From positions 2,356,001-2,420,000 of the forward strand of contig CM059433.1 of the NCBI GenBank assembly GCA_030390025.1: a DNA stretch of 64,000 nucleotides, given 5' to 3'. The position numbers and the translations under genes were made by a program. Positions within the stretch are counted from its first letter, which is position 1, and every line of letters begins with the position of its first letter. Source of the DNA: Squalus acanthias. Its lineage: Eukaryota. This document shows, piece after piece, positions 25,572-36,723 of the stretch. A model generated the notes under the pieces. The model was not told where the DNA came from and searched no databases. It saw only the letters and a list, made by a program, of their open reading frames with translations.

Positions 25572-26037
25572 TGTGCGAAATGGAATAGTATTTACTAGTA
25601 TATAATATTTGCCAGATTTTTGGAAATGTATTTTTTGGTCTTTTTGAATTCCTATATTCTTATGCCACTGAGGGAATTAAAAAGCCAGATGAATGAACTT
25701 ATGTTTCTGACTGTCAGTTGGGCCTTTACACCTTCTACTTTCTGCACTACATTATGCAGATAGATTGCAATCGCTGTGTGCTTTCAGTTAGAGACACTTA
25801 AACATAACTTTTCTTGCCATATAAGTGAAGATCTGTTGTATCTGCTCCTCTATGAGCTATTTCCAGAACTAATTTCCTTCTGCAAATCACAAGCTTGTGT
25901 AAAATGACTTCTAATATATCCTCGAGAACATACAGGGTGGCAAAGCAGCCTATAAGGATAAATTCACCAACCTGATATTCCCAGCTGAGAATCGTAGGCG
26001 ATGGCAGTGTGGGTTAGAGATAAGGTTGCAACACTAT

Positions 26038-26583
26038 GCGGTAGAAATTGTGTGTGTTGCGTCATTTGAGTATATAAGAGGCGCAACGATGACCAATTTA
26101 GCGGGGGGACGATCTGCACCCGAGCTGTACAGGCCTTCGGCTCTGTGCTAAATCTGTCAGTCCCATTTTTTATGTGTCAAGAACAGGTTTAGGCCCCCTG
26201 CTTGTATTATTTCGGGGCCGAATGCCTGCTGTAGGACCCATGCATCACATTGGACTACCCGGAGCAGAGCAGGAACCATGGCTGCTCCGTTCTGGTTTTC
26301 CAGGTGTTCATGCGGCCTAGCGAGTTGACCGCCACTGAAAAGGCATTTTGTTTACTTTTAATGTGCAGCCTGGAGGAGCAGGAGTGCTCTCGGCTCCACA
26401 TCACTCCTGCCAGCCACGATCGCCCCCCTCTCCCCCCCCCCCCACGCCTACCCACAACACCTCAGGCAGGCAGGCAGCCCGAAATTGAATTCTTCCATTG
26501 GGCGAGCTGCCTGTGGAGGTACGACAGGTGCAGGCCGATCGCCCGGAATATGTACATGAGACCCGCCGACCAATTTCTAGCAA
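26038..26583. mobile_element. Probable non-autonomous Harbinger-type element
   Basis: GTAGAAATTG (26041) and CAATTTCTAG (26571) form near-inverted ends resembling the termini at 54356 and 59734; GC-rich interior. Confidence 0.55.
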
Positions 26584-27205
26584 TCCTTCGACCTTGTTCC
26601 CTGCACCCAGTTAACATTCTAAAAGTGGCCTAATGGAATTTCTAGGCTTTTAGCTCCAATTCTCTAATCCACACTCCCTTTGAGCATGGCTTTTAGATGG
26701 GAATGAGGCATTAATGGATTTACCCAATACAACCCCCACCACTTAAAACGTTCATGTTTAAAATGGGTAGTCGCTTACATCAGCCAAAAAGCGATGCCCA
26801 TTATCCATTTGTGTTAAGGTCAATTTCAAAGTTGCCAGTTATAACGTCTTAGGTGCTCCATTTATTTCGGGCAGAAACAGCTGTGTTTACTCCCTAGTTT
26901 CTCAACCAGGCAATAATCTGCCCTCTAGGCTGGCACTAGCCACATTAGATCAAACTAGAACAGGAATGTTAGCTGCTCAGTGATGGAAGGACTGAATAAA
27001 ACAATCATTACTAAAGCTAGGGAGCTACATACACAGGCACTGCTTGAAATTGACATTAATGCAAACGGTTAATGCGCATTAAATACAGAGTCTCCAAGAT
27101 TCCTACTGTACTGTGAGATCAAAGATTGACAGGTGTGTTTTAACATGCTTAGGCTTTTTACACTGTTGACACTGCAGACATCTTTTATGTGATGTAAGCC
27201 TACAG

Positions 27206-27596
27206 TGACAGTAATGCTCACTATCAAAGTGGATGCCAGATACAATTGGGTAACGAAAAGCTGGAGATCAGAACAACAACTTGCCTTTAACATAGTAACG
27301 CGTCCCAAGAACCTTATATTTTCAGGGGTGCTGGAGATGGGTGTAGCATTTCCTCTGAAGTGAAAGGTGCTGTGGCTTTGGTCACTGAAGAAGAGAACTG
27401 TTTGTACTTTACAACGGTCAACAATATAGCAAGTTCTGAGGCAGTAAGGGTTCTAGTTTATGTAAGGTTCGGTAGAAAACTTCAGGATATGAACTGTGAG
27501 GGAGCAGCATGCCTCACTGCCATAAACATAACAGCCTCGATAATGCATTTTCAGGAAGATGTGATTGATGCAGTAAGAAACCATATGAAGGTCTGT
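27206..27596 (+). pseudogene. Disrupted host-like exon encoding a PA (protease-associated) domain
   Basis: Removing a 38-bp insert flanked by AGAAC (27270-27274, 27308-27312) gives one frame: IKVDARYNWVTKSWRSEPYIFRGAGDGCSISSEVKGAVALVTEEENCLYFTTVNNIASSEAVRVLVYVRFGRKLQDMNCEGAACLTAINITASIMHF, matching the PA pattern C...KGxxALV...C.F..(K)V.NA...(G)A..VLVY. Confidence 0.7.
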
Positions 27597-27744
27597 TGAA
27601 CATTATTCCAGCCATCGTGTACAGCAGGCTATAAGCGGCGGGACTGTATTGCCAGTTAATCACACATGTTGTGCAAATAAAAGCATATGTCACATCAAAT
27701 ATCAATACATTAGTGCATACTCTATATAGTATAACACATATATA

Positions 27745-28297
27745 TCCTTAACCACACTCAGAGTACTGCGCACAGTTCTGGTCTCCATATTACAAAAAGG
27801 CTATCGAGGCACTGGAGAAGGTGCAGAAAAGGATTTATAGGTATGATACCAGATCTGAGTCTCTCAGGAAAGATTGAGCAGGCTGGGGCTCTTTTCTCTA
27901 GAAAAGAGAATGCTGAGCGGCGAGCTAATAGAGGTCTTTAAAATTATGAAGGGGCTTGGTAAGGTAGATGTAGAGAAGACGTTTCCACTTGTGGGGGAAA
28001 CCAAAACTATAGTTCATAAATATAAGATAATCACTAATAAATCCAGTAGGGAATTCAGGAGCGACTTCTTTACCCAATGCTTATAATGTGGAACTCGCTA
28101 CCCCAGGGAGTGGTTGAGGCGATTAGCATCGATGCATTTAAGGGGAAGCTAGATAAGTGCATGAGGGAGAAAGGAATAGAAGGATATGCTGATAGAATGA
28201 GATGAAATAGGGTGGCAGGAGGCTCGTGTGGAGCATAAACACTGACATAGACCAGTTGGTCTGAATGGTCTGTTTCTGTGCTGTAAATTCTGTGTAA
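27745..28297 (+). mobile_element. CR1-group LINE 3' fragment
   Basis: LGLFSLEKRMLSGELIEVFKIMKG...; tail ...gtttctgtgctgtaaattc. Confidence 0.88.
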
Positions 28298-28356
28298 TAT
28301 TCTCCACTAGAAATGCACATACACTATATGCTATCTATTGTCTGCAGTGAGAATTT

Positions 28357-29440
28357 AGGGGGGATTTTAACTGGTTGCGGATTTCGATGGTGGTGTGGGG
28401 CGAGCGGAATTGCCACTCGACGTCACCAGTTTGAGGCCCGGTGGATTTTAACTTTACCAATGCTGATGGGTGGTTTTCTTGTCCCTTGATGGCTACATGT
28501 CTGCATTTAATCACCCCTGCACACGAGGGAAGATAGCCACAGCAGCAAATCCCAGAGCCCTTTAAGTGTGATTTAAGTGTCCTTTGGGGAGGCTGTGTCA
28601 CAGTTGGCCCTGACAAAGAGGGCATTGGTACCTGCTTGAACAGCAGACTGAGAGAGGCAAGAAATGTCCCCTGTAGCACCCTGCAAAGAGCCTGAGGCAA
28701 AGATGTTAAGGGCTGTGCTGACTTTGACTGCCACAGGCACAGCATGGCCACCTGGCCCAGCAGGCAGTCTTGTTGCGACAGCCAGCCTGAGAAAACCTAG
28801 CTTCCTGGTGCATTGCTCCTCAGGCACATCCAGCAAAGGCCACTCTGGGCTTGTAGTCCCTGTGAGCTGGGCAGGGACCACCTCACCTGGTGTCTTCCAA
28901 CAGGCCCAACTGCTACTGTGGCAGGGCAGCCTGCTGCTGCTCCTCCTCTTCATGCAATTAAATCAAAGTAGCAAGAATGGCCCCCATCATAAATTGTGAG
29001 CTTATTGAGTGTGTGTATGCTGAATAAATGCTGTAAAGATCTCCAAACTCTCCCGTGGAAATCTCCCCCCTCCCTCCCCCCCCCCCCCAAAAAAAATGCA
29101 AAAGCAAAGAGATGCATGTGATCTGAGTGCTTGCTGACGAGGGCTCTTTAAATACTGCTTCCAATGGCTCTTAGCAACCAATCCCGCTAGGTTTTATTCA
29201 GCAGGTTCAGCGTTGCATGAGACTTCTCTTTTGATGCATTCTAATGAGATCATCGAACCCTGATTTGCATGTATTCACGGGGCATTTGCCTGCTTCTGGT
29301 CGGCTCCACGGGCATCTAAAAAAAACTAGGCTGTTAACAAGGGCAGGAATCAAGTGGAAATGGGGCAACAAGTCCTCCCGTGGAATTTTAACTCTGATCC
29401 CATCCCCTTGCTGCCGGGCAGGGTGAGTTAAAACTTACTG
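28357..29440 (-). mobile_element. Harbinger-derived element with a transposase N-terminal remnant
   Basis: ORF 28573-28953 encodes EEQCTRKLGF...AVPVAVKVSTALNIFASGSLQGATGDISCLSQSAV, homologous to the 47131-48291 transposase; ends GGATTTTAACT / AGTTAAAAC. Confidence 0.75.
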
Positions 29441-29873
29441 CTGCATCACCAATATCGCATTGCTAGAGGGAGAGACATTTTCAAAAATAAAGAGATACTT
29501 TCTGAGATGAATGTTACATTTTGTTGTGAGATTCCTGAAACGCAATTTGACAGACTGTAACATATTGACAACTCTTAACCCTTGTTCTCAATTTGAAATT
29601 GCAATTTTTTTTGTGTCAAATGTGGCATGCAAGAAACACAGCTTATTCCCAGCTACCAAGACCACTCGCTGCCTTCGGGAGCCGCTTTGTAAACTAGCTG
29701 CGTGTGTGTGTGTGATCTCTAGTCTTGCTCGAGCTTTTACCTGTTTGGACAGGGTGGTATAGTGGTTCCAGGTGTCGGAGCTCCGAGGGCCTGAGTTACA
29801 GAACTGGTTTTTTGCACCGATGATTGTCCACATGCTGAGTTTCGCATCTCAGCCCTGCCACGTGGGAGACACA

Positions 29874-30327
29874 GGGCTGGATTTTGAATGACCCATGGAG
29901 TCGGGTTTGGAGGCGTGTGGGGGGTTAAATTTGTGGGGTCGGGGTTTCCGACCCCATCCCGACTCCATCCCGCCTCCACGCAATTTTGACATAATCAGTC
30001 GCGGGGTTCCCGACTCCGTCCCGCCTTCAAGAGGCGGTAGAGGCCATTAAAGCCCTTAACAAGCTCTAAATTGGCTCTGTAATGCCATTTTGAAATGCTG
30101 TAGCTAGTTTAACCCTTTTCTGACGTGAAGCACGCCTGGTGTGAAACACTCCAGTGAAACCTGGCGGGAGCACAAGTGGATAGCTGACTATCGGCTGCAG
30201 GTCCACTATTACAACGGAGATGTGATGAAGGTAGTAGTAGTATTAGGTCTGAACATTGCCTCTGATGCTGCTGCATTGAATGTCTTCAGAGACTGCCTGG
30301 GAGGACTTGCTTGGCAAACAAATTCTC

Positions 30328-30369
<42 letters not shown>

Positions 30370-30664
30370 CCCTCTACACCACCACCACCCCCATTTTTGC
30401 ATCCAGGTCCACTCACATCAAAAGCAAGCCAGGCAGGTCCTCTCTCACCAACAGTCTCTGAGACTAGCCAGTCAGCAATGATGACATCATCACAGGCGGC
30501 TTTCAGACTGAAAACACTAATTAGTTCATGGGTTCCCACATGCTCCAACTCAATTGCCCAATTAAGTGAAAATTGCATCATTCATCCACATTAATCTGGA
30601 GTCGGGGGGGACACGAAATGCGGATTACCCGACCCCAACCCGACCCCAAGACAAAATCCAGCCC
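29874..30664. mobile_element. Harbinger-type MITE, same family as 1510-2179, opposite orientation
   Basis: TIRs GGGCTGGATTTT / AAAATCCAGCCC; 3-bp TSD ACA; shared internal sequence. Confidence 0.88.
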
Positions 30665-30893
30665 ACAGTGTTGAAGCCAGGTAGCTCCCGATGGGGAGAA
30701 AGAGAAAAGCGGAGAGAACTCAGCCTGGGTACTTCCCTTGTACAAGCTGGTATACAGAGAGCAGGACCTCGGAATGGGGAAGAGGGGAGAAAGTACTTCA
30801 AAAAAATAATTTCTCTAATGCTACTAAACATATTCAGGATAAAAGTGAGAAGTCGCACAACACCAGGTTATAGTCCAACAGTTTTATTTGAAA

Positions 30894-30930
30894 TCACAAG
30901 CTTTCGAGCGGCTGCTCTTTCGTCAGGTGA
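30894..30930 (-). ncRNA. Minimal type I hammerhead ribozyme motif
   Basis: Reverse strand reads TCAC-CTGACGA-AA-GAGC-AGCC-GCTC-GAAA-GC-TT-GTGA. Confidence 0.8.
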
Positions 30931-30937
30931 AGTCACT

Positions 30938-30975
30938 TCACCTGACGAAGGAGCAGCAGCTCCGAAAGCTTGTGA
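30938..30975 (+). ncRNA. Minimal type I hammerhead ribozyme motif
   Basis: TCAC-CTGACGA-A-GGAGC-AGCA-GCTCC-GAAA-GC-TT-GTGA: intact core, 4-bp stem I, 5-bp stem II, palindromic AGCT stem III; predicted cleavage after 30971. Confidence 0.87.
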
Positions 30976-32445
30976 TTTCAAATAAAACTGTTGGACTATA
31001 ACCTGGTGTTGTGCAACTTCTCACTTTTGTCCACCCCAGTCCAACACCGGCATCTCCGCATCATATTCAGGATAGTGTAAAGATGCATTTATACCTGCTG
31101 TTTGACGCCTATGACAATGAGAATTCGAGGAATGAAAGTTTGATTGTCTTAATAAATTCTCATTTTCTATTGTAAGAAATTTATTAAGAAATGCAAATAA
31201 AACACTAGAGAAATGAAAGAATAATTTTCACAGCACTCTGTGAGATAAAACATTATTCATTTTCATGAAGGTCATTAATTTTGATGTCAATAACAAATTT
31301 CCATGTCTACTTTTTTAATCTAAATTTTGACACTTGGTTGACCATATGAAGTCCTAGCAATCAATATTACACATTTTTGTCTTGTATAATCAATCCTTGG
31401 GGACTCTTAGTTCTTGTTAGTGTCACACTGCTCAAACCAGAATGGCATGCAAATAAGAATGTAACAAATACTAATTACAAACATCTATATTTTTTATTAA
31501 TTACAAATTCTTACATTACAACAGTGACTACTCTTCAAAAGTACTTCATTTGCTGTAAGCTTTGGGACGTCCTGAGGTCGTGAAAGGTGCTATAGAAATG
31601 CAAGTCTTTCTGTCTGTCTCTCATGTATAAGTACAGATTGTACTCCAATTACTGCATATACGTTCTGCAGTCATTCTAACTACATGCAGCACCACCAGCA
31701 TTAGTTCGCCTGCATAAGGATCCCCTTGAAGATGTGGTTTCACCAACTGCACAGCTCATGTCATCACAATAGTAGCTACAGATATTATCTTGTAAACATT
31801 TTGAGAGAAAGCACCTTGACCTACAGGGGTAAAAAAAGTAACGTGCGTACAACTGAGAAAAGTCGTAAGAGTGGCCGAGCAAGTGATGAAGTAGATTTTG
31901 GAAAACATTGGCAAAGTAAGAATGTAACAACATAGTGAGACAAAAAATGGCCCAGCAAGTTTGAACACCAATGTGTGATACAATAGAATAGTTGGACATG
32001 GATTCATGTCCTCAAGCTTGTTGAATTGCTATTCTCAATTAAGTAACTATGGGAACACGCTATCGGAGGCCCAATAGTTTCCCACAGGGAGGGAGTGAAA
32101 ATCAAAGGGATAATTCTTAACACTTATTCATCTCCTAATGGCTGCTTCTCCGAGAACAGCAGGGGAGCAGGGATTGCTTTCCTGCTGTCTTGGCTGCAGT
32201 TGGTTTGGGGAGACCAGAGAGAAAAAAATTCAAATAACTCGGAAAAAGAGAGATTCCGACTGTTAACAACAACAACAACGTGTATTTATATAGCGCCTTT
32301 AACGTAGTAAAACGTCCCAAGGCGCTTCACAGGAGCATTACGAGAAAAAAAATTTGAATAAATAAAAAGGATACAATAAGTCAGGTGAAATAAATGATGT
32401 GAGGTTAGGGAAGAAGTCAGCCATCTGAGAAAGAGAGCAGGTATA

Positions 32446-32768
32446 CAGCTGTAGAGACGCGTGCACACATCTACAGGGTGGTCCTTTCCCCAGCAACCAG
32501 CTGTAGAGATGGCGCACACACATCTACAGGGTGGTCCTTTCCTGAGCAACCAGCTGTAGAGACGGCGCGCACACATCTACAGGGTGGTCCTTTCCCCAGC
32601 AACCAGCTGTAGAGACGGCGCGCACACATCTACAGGGTGGTCCTTTCCCCAGCAACCAGCTGTAGAGACGGCGCGCACACATCTACAGGGTGGTCCTTTC
32701 CCCAGCAACCAGCTGTAGAGACGGCGCGCACACATCTACAGGGTGGTCCTTTCCCGAGCAACCAGCTG
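32446..32768. repeat. Minisatellite, 53-bp unit, about 6 copies
   Basis: Unit ACCAGCTGTAGAGACGGCGCGCACACATCTACAGGGTGGTCCTTTCCCCAGCA with an internal CTGTAGA/TCTACAG inverted repeat. Confidence 0.95.
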
Positions 32769-33663
32769 CTACTCAAGTCTCCTCCAAACCGGCCCTGAAT
32801 TTTATTTTTACAAGAATTGTTGCAGCTATAGCCAGGGGAATTGTTCTATCTGTTATCTGTGGCAACATTCCTGGAATCAAGTAATATGCATTAGTGAGTG
32901 CAGTACAAGCCTTTCCTGAGATACACATGTTGATTTGTGGCAGTTGATTGGGTGGAAACAGTTGCTGGTACCCAGGAGCTGGGAAAGGTAAGGAATCCCT
33001 GTTGGGTTTCAGTTGCTGCTATGGTGATATTGGAGAGCTGATATTGTGAAAAGTAGCCCATGACTTGATAATTTTACATGGATCGGCCAAATATCTCGGC
33101 ATATTCTCAGTAATACAGATGATGATCTCTTACTCCATGCACTCAGGTTATACAGAGAAAGACTTCCTGAAATGGTCTTTAAAAGGACCATCATGCTGTT
33201 CCAACATGACAAATGCAAGAGGGGCAGTTGCCAGAGACACAATCCAGTTACACCAGTCCAATAGGAGATTAGAGGGCCAGTTCATTTCATGTTCCCACTG
33301 CATTTTCCCCTCAATTTTATCACCTTCTTTCCCCTCCATCCTCAAAGTGATGACTCAGTCGCAGTACAATTCCATAGCTATCAAAGTCCTCCAGCACCTT
33401 GCCAAAGTGAGCATTCTTCACGCGCAAGACTAGACGCTGAGCTTCAGGGACCTATTTTATCGTGGGAGACATCACAGCGAAGCATAATCCTGTCCTCAGC
33501 CATTGTCCATAGAAGCGGAATTTCCAGGAGAAGGTCAAGGGAGAGCAATCAGGAGAGGGAATGGTGTCTGATTTTTCCCCTTGCCACCCCAGGTATGCTG
33601 AGGCAAATTGTAGCAAATACAGCTACCCTGGAAGACATTAGCTAAGTTTGTACAGACTAGGAT

Positions 33664-33721
33664 GGTGATTTTAACCAGACCCTCCCAGCAGAAACCTGCT
33701 GGGTGAGCAGTTAAAATCACC
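33664..33721. mobile_element. 58-bp hairpin mini-element with Harbinger-like ends
   Basis: GGTGATTTTAAC / GTTAAAATCACC outer arms and CCCAGCAG / CTGCTGGG inner arms. Confidence 0.5.
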
Positions 33722-35078
33722 CAAGTTACTTACCCACCCTGGAGCCACCATGAGCTGACTGGTTCTGAATTTCTCCTGCTCTCCTAAGCAGGCGGCAAGG
33801 ACATCCACCTTGGCATGTCAGGTCTCAATGACATCATCGGGAGTCGATTGCAATTTTTACTAGGTGGCCCAAGCGGGAAGTTGCAGTGAGTTTCTCACCA
33901 GGCCAACCCAGCAAGGAAATGGATCGGGCCCAGAAGAGGCCCAAAAGGCTTAAAAACATGTTTTTTAAAAACTTTCCTTGTGGGGCCCGGGGGAGCACTC
34001 TTGCTCCTCCAGGCCCCACAGGGCAAGTTTAGGGTTCTCCTGCTGAAATCTCGCCAAACCAACACCCACCCCCGCCCCCCGTCGTCCCTGCCCCCCCAAT
34101 CTCAGAGCCCCCGCAGGACTGCCCGGCAACTGATGTCACTACTTAGCTGCTGTCGGTGGGCAGCCTCCAAACCTCTGCACCTTTCCCGCAACATCCCGTC
34201 CAGAACATGTGGGAGGATGGCCGGTGGAATTTAAATGAGTTCTGTGATCCGTCCGGGTCTCATTGTGCCGTGTGTGGCCAGGAAATTATCTCACCAGTGC
34301 GACTTCTAACCAGAAACCCGCCAGCAGTTAAAAGCCCCCGAGGGATTTGACTGGTAATTTCCTGGTTTGTTGGGCTCAGCGTCACATTTATTCATTGTAT
34401 TTACCCAGTCGGTCGAGCGTCACCAGGAAGCCTGATCCCAGTACTTCAATTCATTATTGATAATACTGCTAGTTCACTGTGCCAATAAAAATCAGTGCTT
34501 AAATAAAGAGCAGGAATACGACAAAGAAGTACACATTCTATAAAAGACAAAGGACAAAACATTTTTCATTCTTTAGTGGCCAAACAGGAAAATAGATTGC
34601 CAAAGGACTCCTTCACAGACCAACAACCTCGCCATATTTTCTTTTTATCAGACAGGAAAGGCTGAGAGTCAGTTGCATGGACTGAAACACAACTTAAGCA
34701 GGCTGGCAGAGGCTCGCCGTTCCACTGGGCTGGTTGCCTGGGTTAGGAGATCAAGCATTTCAGTCCCTTAATATTTTGGAAGAAGTTAATTACAGGAAAG
34801 ATGATTTTTGGAAAACATTGTAAAAACTGCCTTAAAATGTAGTGCTGGTGCTGTACCCACTGTGCCAGTGATAGACAGCAAACTTTATTTGTTAATTTGA
34901 GAAAAAGTGAGTCAGATATTCTAACAAATCAATATTGAGAAACGCATGTCGATTCTAACACTGCTAATTGGGTCTGAGCCACAGGCACTGTTACACACCT
35001 TCATAGTTACGTACGACACTCCCCCCACCCCCACCAAAGCCAGCATATGTATGCTGCATCCCAATTATATTATTTTTT

Positions 35079-35195
35079 GCAAAAGCAAAATACTGCGGAT
35101 GCTGGAAATCTGAAATAACAACAGAAAATGCTGGAAATACTCAGCAGGTCAGGCAGCATCTGTGGAGAGAGAAACAGAGTTAACGTTTCAGGTCA
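35079..35195 (-). mobile_element. Penelope terminal-repeat fragment (half hammerhead)
   Basis: Matches 22517-22590 and the reverse complement of 24155-24272; keeps the ACGT stem III palindrome. Confidence 0.85.
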
Positions 35196-35867
35196 GCCTG
35201 AGTGTGAAGCGCCAGTAAATCTCCCTCCAGGCCAACCCAGCAAGAAAGCGCAATGGACCCAGAAGAGGCCCCAAAAGGTCCATTTTGGTTCAGCCATAGA
35301 ATAACATCTTTAGTTTTTTTTTCATTGACTGTTCTGTCCAATATATATTTTTAACAAAACTTTTGGATTTTGAAACAGCAGCTCCGTAAGTGGTGGGTTT
35401 CAGCTGTTTACACCATTTCTCTGAGGGTTCCCACCACCTGTCCCAGTTGTGAAGGAGGCCAGAATAATGTGTCAGTACATGTGTCAGCCGTGGCTCAGTA
35501 GGTAGTGTTCTTGCCTCTGAGTCAGAAGGTTGTAGGTTCAAAGTCCCACTCCAGAGACTTGAGCTCATAATCCAGGGAGACACCAGTGCAGTACTGAGGG
35601 AGTGCGGCACTGTTGGAGGTTTTGTCTTTCAGTTGAGACACTAAACTGAGACCCTGTCTGCTCTCTCAGGTGGATGTAAAAGATCCCATGGCACTATTTG
35701 AAGAAGAGCAGGGGTGCTCTCCCAATGTCCTGACCAATATTTATTCCCCAACTAACATCACTAAAACAGATTATCTGTTCATTATTGCATTGCTGTTTGT
35801 GGGACACTTGTAGTGCGCAAACGGGCTGCCACGTTTCCCACATTACAACAGTAACTACACTTCAAAA

Positions 35868-36697
35868 TCCGCGTTTCGGAGCTGGAGCTGCGGCTGGAGT
35901 CACTGTGGAGCATCCGCGAGGCTGAGATCTTCGTGGATAGCACGTTTAACGAGATGGTCACACCGCAGGTAAAGAGTGCACAGGCAGAAAGGGAATGGGT
36001 GACCAACAGACAGAGTAAAATAACGAGGAAGGTAGTGCAGGAGTCCCCTGGGTCCATCTCCCTCTCCAACAGATTTTCCGTTTTGGATACTGCTGGGGGA
36101 GATGGTTTCTCAGGGGAATGCAGCAAGAGCCAAGTCCGTGGCACTATGAGTGGCTGAGCTGCACAGGAGGGGAGGAAAAAGAGTGGGAGAGCAATAGTGA
36201 TAGGGGATTCTATCGTAAGGGGAACAGATAGACGTTTCTGTGGCCGCAGACGTGACTCCAGGATGGTATGTTGCCTCCCTGGTGCCAGGGTCAAGGATGT
36301 CACTGAGCAGCTGCAGGACATTCTGAAGGGGGAGGGTGAACAGCCAGAGGCCGTGGTCCATATCAGTACCAACGATATAGGTAGAAAGAGGGACGAGGTC
36401 CTGCAAGCAGAATATAGGGAGCTAGGAAATAAATGAAAAAGCAGGACCTCAAAGGTAGTAATCTCAGGATTACTCCCAGTGCCACGTGCTAGCGAGAGCA
36501 GAAATAGGAGAATAGACCAGATGACTGTGTGGCTCAAGAGATGGTGTAGGAGGGAGGGATTTAAGTTCCTGAGGCATTGGGACCGATTCTGGGGAAGGTG
36601 GGACCTGTACAAGCTGGACGGGTTACACCTTGGCAGAACCGGGATCAATATCCTCGCAGGGGGGTTTGCTAGTGCTGTTGGGAAGGATTTAAACTAG
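35868..36697 (+). pseudogene. CR1 ORF1 (SGNH/GDSL esterase-like) with internal stops
   Basis: Three collinear ORF pieces (35933-36157, 36197-36436, 36479-36697) in the same frame, separated by stops. Confidence 0.88.
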
Positions 36698-36723
36698 TTT
36701 GTCAGGGGGCTGGGAACCTAAGT

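Larger units (their letters stand above)
30842..31061. mobile_element. Palindromic Penelope-derived insert (inverted terminal-repeat ends) with a 13-bp TSD
   Basis: Near-perfect inverted repeat 30841-31028 centred at 30934; TSD CATATTCAGGATA at 30829-30841 and 31062-31074. Confidence 0.85.

Noticed and set aside
32446..32768. CRISPR-like array of palindromic repeats
   Set aside because: No unique spacers and no cas genes; eukaryotic context; simple minisatellite.
35782..36648. 288-aa minus-strand ORF
   Set aside because: Antisense to CR1 ORF1, running into a SINE; no independent support.
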